Shown one piece after another: positions 26,206 to 31,891 of a stretch of DNA of 31,891 bases. The notes beneath the pieces were generated by a model. That model was given only the letters and a program-made list of their open reading frames with translations, did no database searches and was not told where the DNA came from. Origin of the DNA: Candidatus Nomurabacteria bacterium (GTDB taxonomy: Bacteria > Patescibacteriota > Minisyncoccia > Phycocordibacterales > UBA918); NCBI GenBank assembly GCA_943359405.1, contig CALRHO010000001.1, positions 1-31,891 of the forward strand, read 5' to 3'. The position numbers and the translations under genes were made by a program. Each line of letters begins with the position of its first letter. The first letter of the stretch is position 1.

Positions 26206-28266
26206 CTAAGACCTCCTTTGAGTACGTTTACCCTTCCCTTTTACGCCGCCGAGTGAGGCTTCAAGTACCTTTATCTCGTCGCGCAGAATCGCTGCGGTTT
26301 CAAAATCCAGCAGAGCAACTGCATCAGCCATCTGCTGGCGCTTGTCGGTGAGGACTTGCTTAGGATTTTCTTTAAACAGCGCCATATCGACTTTGAGTAA
26401 GGTGTCGACCGTTTCATCGTGTTCGGTGCGTAGCTGATCGGCTATTGATCTAATCTCCTTTGCGATCGTTTGAGGCGTGATTCCATGGGCGTCATTGTAC
26501 GCTAGCTGTAGCGCACGGCGGCGATTGGTCTCGCCTATCGCATAGGTCAGCGCAGCGGTCATTTCGTCGGCATAGAGAATTACTCTACCCCGCACATTGC
26601 GCGCGGCCCGGCCAATCGTCTGAATGAGTGCCGTGGGGCTACGCAGAAAACCTTCCTTATCGGCATCGAGAATAGCAACGAGTTCAACCTCTGGTAGATC
26701 AAGCCCTTCACGGAGTAGGTTAACGCCCACAAGGCAATCAAAGATACCCTTACGAAAATCAGTAAGTATTTCGATACGCTCGAGGGTATCCACATCGCTA
26801 TGAATATACTTTGTTTTGATACCCCGTAACGACAGGAATTCGGCAAGATCTTCTGCCATCTTCTTGGTTAAGGTAGTTGTCAGCACCCGCGCTCCGCCGC
26901 CAATAACCCGCACTGCTTCCTCAATGAAATCCTTGATTTGTCCGGGGTACTCACCCTTTTCAGTCACGGGTCGAAGGTCAATCAGAGGATCAATGAGTCC
27001 TGTGGGGCGAATAATTTGTTCGACCATAGGTACCTGAGTACGCTCAGCCTGTGCATACTCGTACTTCCCTGGTGTAGCCGATGTGTAAATACGTTGACCA
27101 ACACGCTCTTCGAACTCGACAAAATTGAGTGGTCTGTTATCCAGCGCGCTTGGTAGTCGAAATCCATGCTCTATCAACGTTTCTTTTCGTGATCGATCAC
27201 CAGCGTACATGCCACCCACCTGTGGAATCGTAACGTGAGATTCATCAATCACCGTCAGAAAATCTGGCGTGCCATCGGACTGGTGTGGAAAGTACGAAAG
27301 GAGCGTGTATGGCGCTTCGCCAGGTCGGCGGCGATCAAAATGTCGTGAGTAGTTTTCGATACCGTTACAATAGCCAACCTCACGAATAAGCGCTAGGTCA
27401 TGCTCAGTGCGACGGCGCAGACGTTCACTTTCAAGCAGTTTACCCTCACGCTTGAAGTGCGCTAGTTGCAATTCGAGTTCTAGTTGGATATCAGAAATTG
27501 CTACTTTGCGCTCATCTTCAGGTGTCACAAAGTGCTTAGCCGGAAAGAGGAAGAAAACGTCTGGCTCATCAACAATTGCACGGGTAACCGCATCTATGCG
27601 GGTGATTGCCGACACCGAGTCACCACTAAAACCGAGACGGTAAATTATCCGTTCGTTGATAGGCATTATTTCTATCGTGTTACCGACTGCCCGAAATTTT
27701 CCTGGAGTGAGATCCGCTGGTGTACGCTCAAAGTAAAGGTCGACTAACACGCGTAACATGTCGGTGCGAGATGTGCGATAGCCGCGCTCGATTTTTCGAT
27801 GGACCTTTTGATATTCGGCTGGCGAACCGAGTCCGTAAATGCATGAGACTGATGCCACAATAATAACGTCACTTCGCGTTAGCAAAGCCTGAGTTGAGGC
27901 ATGGCGCAGGCGGTCAATTTCCTCATTAATCATTGCCTCCTTTTCAATATAGGTGTCACTGGTTGGCATGTAGGCCTCCGGCTGGTAGTAATCGTAGTAT
28001 GAGACAAAATAGTGGACCGCATTATGAGGAAAAAAATCTCGGTATTCCTGTGCGAGTTGGGCAGCCAGGGTTTTGTTATGAGCTATGACCAGTGTCGGTT
28101 TCTGAATAGCCTGAATGACATTTGCGGCGGTAAACGTCTTGCCCGAGCCGGTTACACCCAAAAGCGTTTGGTGGACATGACCAGTCTCAACCCCGGCCAC
28201 AAGCGCTTTGATGGCATTGGGTTGATCTCCGGCTGGAGTTTTTTCTGTTGAAATTTGAAATCCCAT
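26206..28266 (-). CDS. uvrB: UvrB excinuclease helicase
   Basis: LGVTGSGKT, YFVSYYDYYQPEAY beta-hairpin, DESH, LREGLDLPEV, IGRAARN, C-terminal UVR domain. Confidence 0.99.
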   Translation of the reverse strand: MGFQISTEKTPAGDQPNAIKALVAGVETGHVHQTLLGVTGSGKTFTAANVIQAIQKPTLVIAHNKTLAAQLAQEYRDFFPHNAVHYFVSYYDYYQPEAYMPTSDTYIEKEAMINEEIDRLRHASTQALLTRSDVIIVASVSCIYGLGSPAEYQKVHRKIERGYRTSRTDMLRVLVDLYFERTPADLTPGKFRAVGNTIEIMPINERIIYRLGFSGDSVSAITRIDAVTRAIVDEPDVFFLFPAKHFVTPEDERKVAISDIQLELELQLAHFKREGKLLESERLRRRTEHDLALIREVGYCNGIENYSRHFDRRRPGEAPYTLLSYFPHQSDGTPDFLTVIDESHVTIPQVGGMYAGDRSRKETLIEHGFRLPSALDNRPLNFVEFEERVGQRIYTSATPGKYEYAQAERTQVPMVEQIIRPTGLIDPLIDLRPVTEKGEYPGQIKDFIEEAVRVIGGGARVLTTTLTKKMAEDLAEFLSLRGIKTKYIHSDVDTLERIEILTDFRKGIFDCLVGVNLLREGLDLPEVELVAILDADKEGFLRSPTALIQTIGRAARNVRGRVILYADEMTAALTYAIGETNRRRALQLAYNDAHGITPQTIAKEIRSIADQLRTEHDETVDTLLKVDMALFKENPKQVLTDKRQQMADAVALLDFETAAILRDEIKVLEASLGGVKGKGKRTQRRS

Positions 28267-28330
28267 GTAGTGCGAGTATAGCTGAGAGTGAAAAGAGACG
28301 CCACCTCAAGACAGGGTTGTCTGTACAAGT

Positions 28331-29542
28331 TTACTGACTATCTCGAGACAAAATTGACTCCCGAAGACGCTTGGTATACGAGACGATAAAATGTAAGTTA
28401 TGGATCGAGGCCAGATGAGCAGCGAGCATTTCGTGGCTTCGGAATAAGTGCGAGAGGTAGGCCTTGGTGGTAGTTTTACTAATCTCACAGACTTGCGTTT
28501 CATCCAGAGGTGACAGGTCGTACTTATACCGTTCCCCTTTGAGGCTTATTTTTTTTGGCCCATCATTTGTTTGTACGTATATGGTCCCCGTGCGTGCAAG
28601 ACGAGTGGGTGCTACGCAGTCAAACGTATCACAGCCAAGCCGTACCCCCTCACTAATATCTTCAGGTTCTCCGATACCGAGCAGGTGTCTGGGTTTATCT
28701 TCTGGTAGGTTCTCATTTACAACCTGAAGTGCCGCACCCAGGTCAGCCTTACTAAAACTTCCACCAATACCGAATCCATCAAAATCCATTGCGGCCAATG
28801 TCCTCGCACTCTCTGTTCGCAGATCTGGGTAGCGACCCCCTTGAACAACGCCATACAACCCTTGTCGGCGTTGGGCATCATAGTTCTGCTTATGTGCCAG
28901 TATACTGCGCTTGGCCCAACGATGGGTGCGTTCCATAGCCTCTCTTTGGTAGGCATAATCAGCGGTGGGGCTCGTACACTCGTCAAATGCAACAATGATA
29001 TCGGCACCAATGGCGTGCTGGATTTCAATCGAACGCTCAGCGGTAAAGCGATGCATTGAGCCATCTATGTGGGATGTAAACGTCACTCCGTCCTCGTCCA
29101 CGATACAAAGTTTGCCATGCTCGCTAGCAAGCGCTTGACTGTAAACATTAAGCCCTTGGTACGATGACTGGACTTCTACGTCTCCTTTCGCGAACTTCGT
29201 GACTCCTTTTCCAAAAGCCGCTCCGAGTGAGAAGACCTGGAAGCCTCCTGAGTCAGTCATAGTGGGAAACCGCCAATTAGCGAAACGGTGGATACCACCC
29301 GCCGCCTGTACCACCTCATGCCCAGGTTGCAAAAAGAGATGGTAGGTATTTGAGATTATGAGTTGCAAACCCACATGCCGTTCCAAATCCTCGGGCTTGA
29401 GTGACTTTACCGTTCCCCGAGTGCCGACCGCCACAAAGGCTGGCGTTTCTATATCTCCGTGGGGGGTATGAATCACACCAGCCCGGGCGAGTGACCCGGG
29501 CTGTCGCTTAATCACCTCAAATGTTATTGGTCGAACTTCCAT
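28331..29542 (-). CDS. tgt: tRNA-guanine transglycosylase
   Basis: SNTYHL, TDSGGFQVFSL, AFDEC, GVVQGG, PRHLLGIG, FDCVAPTRLAR. Confidence 0.97.
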   Translation of the reverse strand: MEVRPITFEVIKRQPGSLARAGVIHTPHGDIETPAFVAVGTRGTVKSLKPEDLERHVGLQLIISNTYHLFLQPGHEVVQAAGGIHRFANWRFPTMTDSGGFQVFSLGAAFGKGVTKFAKGDVEVQSSYQGLNVYSQALASEHGKLCIVDEDGVTFTSHIDGSMHRFTAERSIEIQHAIGADIIVAFDECTSPTADYAYQREAMERTHRWAKRSILAHKQNYDAQRRQGLYGVVQGGRYPDLRTESARTLAAMDFDGFGIGGSFSKADLGAALQVVNENLPEDKPRHLLGIGEPEDISEGVRLGCDTFDCVAPTRLARTGTIYVQTNDGPKKISLKGERYKYDLSPLDETQVCEISKTTTKAYLSHLFRSHEMLAAHLASIHNLHFIVSYTKRLRESILSRDSQ

Positions 29543-30096
29543 TAGTTAATCTCCAAAAGCTCAATTGAAAACACGAGTGCTGAATTGGCTGGAATCGGAC
29601 CGACCTGACGGTCGCCGTAGGCTAAATCTGAAGGGATAACCAGAATTCGCTGACCACCCTCCTTCATTCCTACTATACCCTGATCCCAGCCCGGAATTAC
29701 CCGACCCTCGCCAACCGTGAATGTAAAAGACTCCCCTCGAGCGCGAGAGTTATCAAACTCTTCACCCGTTTGAAGTCGACCTGTGTAGTGAACCACTACT
29801 GTATCACCTAGCTCTACAGTCGCAGACCCAGAACCAACTTTGATATCTTCAATAACCATCTTTTCAAGCGTGCCCTGCTTTTGATTTGAAGCCTCATAGA
29901 GTGCTCGCACTCGAGCTTGCTCACTCGTGACAAGGGATGAATCCACCACTACCGCGTCAACAACTGCGGCTGATTGGACCGTTTGCTCGGCCACTCCCAA
30001 AACCGTAGTTTCAACCCGCAAAAGATACAATGCCAACGCCATCACGATAACGCTCGCTGCCAGTCCGATCATTTCAAACGTACTAAGTCTTACCAT
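29542..30096 (-). CDS. Membrane-anchored FKBP-type peptidyl-prolyl isomerase
   Basis: VHYTGRL...FDNS...VIPGWDQG...IPSDLAYG...LVFSIELL; N-terminal TM; TAATG overlap with tgt. Confidence 0.95.
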   Translation of the reverse strand: MVRLSTFEMIGLAASVIVMALALYLLRVETTVLGVAEQTVQSAAVVDAVVVDSSLVTSEQARVRALYEASNQKQGTLEKMVIEDIKVGSGSATVELGDTVVVHYTGRLQTGEEFDNSRARGESFTFTVGEGRVIPGWDQGIVGMKEGGQRILVIPSDLAYGDRQVGPIPANSALVFSIELLEIN

Positions 30097-30106
30097 AGTG
30101 TGTTTT

Positions 30107-31237
30107 TTATGGCGCAATGATACGCGGTTTTGTAGAAGTTGCAAGGTCGTAAGCTAACGGTATGGTGGCGTTTATAATTGCCGTCTGTAAGGTTGGGTCA
30201 CTCCGCGCTGCCAGCAGCTGCAAAAACTGTTCACGCTCCTCACCGTGCAGTGGTGCTGGTTGGGTTCGTGCCGACACACTACTGACAGGTACAAGCCGTG
30301 CCTGGAGACCTGTTACCGGTTCGAGGACGACCACCAAACCCTCTTGAACCTCCGGTGAAAAGTACTGATCAAAGATGAAGTTCCCTAGTGAGTAAAAAAC
30401 CACGGTGTCACCCACCTGCGCAATTTCTTGAACCACGTGGGGATGATGACCAACGATGAGATCAATACCGTGAGACGCTAACTGCTGCGCCAGTACCTGC
30501 TGAGACTCATGCGAGGACAGTTCATATTCAACACCCCAGTGTATGTATGCAACTTGATAATCGGTCGCTGCCTTGAGTCTCGAAATCACTGCCGAGAGTT
30601 CATCATAATCGGGATTTTCATAGAGTGTATGAAGGGCAACTATACCAACCGTATAGTTGCCAACGGTCGTGGTTGACACACTCAAATCTGTCACCGCAAG
30701 CGGGTGTCCAAATGGTGACACGCCAGCGCTTGCAAGCTGTGATTTGGTAAATGCAAAGTCATCAATACCGCAGTCAAAACTGTGGTTGTTGGCGAGCGAG
30801 GCATGGGTGATGCCACTCTGAACAATGGCGGGGAGCAGTGCTGGAGCTACCGGGAATTTCATCGAATTATTCCAATCAAATGCTGCCCGGTTTGAAAGAC
30901 AGGCTTCGAAGTTGATAACTACGGCATCTCGTGCCCCAAAGAGTGATTCCACCCGTCGCCACGGATAATCAGCACCTCGTTCCTCTGCAAATTGACCAAC
31001 TTGTCGTGAAAGCATGACGTCGCCCGTAAACCACACACGATCATACATGTACTCAGCCTGTATCTGCTCGATCGCATCACTTGAGGTGCTCGCGTGTGGC
31101 ACTGATACGATGCCACTGCCACTGGAGGGGGAATGATCGGTCGCTGGTAGCCCCACACTGAGATGCAAAGCCACCACCAGCACGGCGAGCAAACTCACCG
31201 CCGTGAGCTGCCACCAGACAACCAGCCTACCACTCAT
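30107..31237 (-). CDS. CapA/PGA_cap family metallophosphoesterase, membrane-anchored
   Basis: TGDVMLSR, NFE, SLANNHSFD, HWGVE, GHHPHV, YSLGNFIFDQ. Confidence 0.93.
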   Translation of the reverse strand: MSGRLVVWWQLTAVSLLAVLVVALHLSVGLPATDHSPSSGSGIVSVPHASTSSDAIEQIQAEYMYDRVWFTGDVMLSRQVGQFAEERGADYPWRRVESLFGARDAVVINFEACLSNRAAFDWNNSMKFPVAPALLPAIVQSGITHASLANNHSFDCGIDDFAFTKSQLASAGVSPFGHPLAVTDLSVSTTTVGNYTVGIVALHTLYENPDYDELSAVISRLKAATDYQVAYIHWGVEYELSSHESQQVLAQQLASHGIDLIVGHHPHVVQEIAQVGDTVVFYSLGNFIFDQYFSPEVQEGLVVVLEPVTGLQARLVPVSSVSARTQPAPLHGEEREQFLQLLAARSDPTLQTAIINATIPLAYDLATSTKPRIIAP

Positions 31238-31658
31238 ACGGCGTGATCGCCGCCGATGCATGAAAAACACCAAACTCCTCTACATACATCGCTAAGCCAA
31301 TACCAATGAGCGCAATGAGTAGTGAGAGAATTGCTATTGCTAGGCGTTGTCCGATCAAAACACTCGCGGGTGCAGGTTGCTCTTTCGGTCGACCAATCGC
31401 AGGCACCGAAACCTCGATACCAAGCAAACTAGAAATTTCTTTTGCGGAAAGCATTTGATCGCTCCGCATGATTTTTTGCAAGCTATCGACGCGAGTGCCT
31501 TTTGTATCGACATTTTCACGCAAGACCAAGAGTGCCATACTTACTTCGTCATCACGGTAGCGAGCAGACAGAAGGACGGCACGAATTTCTTCGTCAGCTG
31601 CCGTCGGAGAAACTCCATTAATTTTTAAAACTCGCTCGAGGTGTGTCCGGTCAAGCAT
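31227..31658 (-). CDS. Hypothetical protein with a C-terminal TM helix
   Basis: Start MLDRTHLERVLKING; TM LAIAILSLLIALIGIGLAMYV; overlaps both neighbours. Confidence 0.7.
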   Translation of the reverse strand: MLDRTHLERVLKINGVSPTAADEEIRAVLLSARYRDDEVSMALLVLRENVDTKGTRVDSLQKIMRSDQMLSAKEISSLLGIEVSVPAIGRPKEQPAPASVLIGQRLAIAILSLLIALIGIGLAMYVEEFGVFHASAAITPYEW

Positions 31659-31891
31659 GGTGTTTGATGGAACGACTATTATCGTCAAGGGAACGTTCGT
31701 TAAGTATGTACTGATGATAAATCTCAAGCAGCACCATGAAGAGCACCATTATTACTGGGCCAATAATGAAACCAATCGGCCCAAACAATGCAACACCACC
31801 GAGTGCAGAAATTAGAGTCATAAAGGGATGTAAATTACTGCCGCGGCTCATGAGATATGGCCCCAAGAAGTTGTCGATAGTCCCCACAACG
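31651..31891 (-). CDS. AI-2E (UPF0118) family transporter, 3' end
   Basis: IDNFLGPYLM...LHP...SALGGVALFGPIGFIIGPV. Confidence 0.88.
   Translation of the reverse strand, partial: VVGTIDNFLGPYLMSRGSNLHPFMTLISALGGVALFGPIGFIIGPVIMVLFMVLLEIYHQYILNERSLDDNSRSIKHHA

Overview
Bacterial chromosomal window using genetic code 11. Compact genes, scarce Shine-Dalgarno (SD) sites and the gene content suggest Patescibacteria/Parcubacteria (CPR); this assignment is an inference. Almost all genes are on the minus strand. Left to right: the start of the F1Fo ATP synthase operon (atpB-atpE-[MazG-like]-atpF-atpH-atpA); a possible ADP-ribosyltransferase-fold gene; then an AT-richer accessory island of about 9.7 kb off the 3' end of tRNA-Ala(GGC). 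The island carries a type I restriction-modification (RM) operon in the order hsdM-hsdS-[receiver protein]-[soluble histidine kinase]-hsdR-[HEPN-motif protein], followed by two small SD-led genes that alternate with two copies of a 63-bp direct repeat. Housekeeping genes follow: MliC-META fusion, Smr, queA, tRNA-Ala(UGC), ddl, uvrC, uvrA, a membrane histidine kinase, a 900-aa surface protein, uvrB, tgt, FKBP PPIase, CapA-like phosphoesterase and a partial AI-2E transporter. The best candidate for an undescribed system is the type I RM operon with an embedded output-less two-component pair and a terminal HEPN effector. Start codons were re-chosen by hand where the ORF track over-extended. GC values are hand spot-counts of 60-nt lines.
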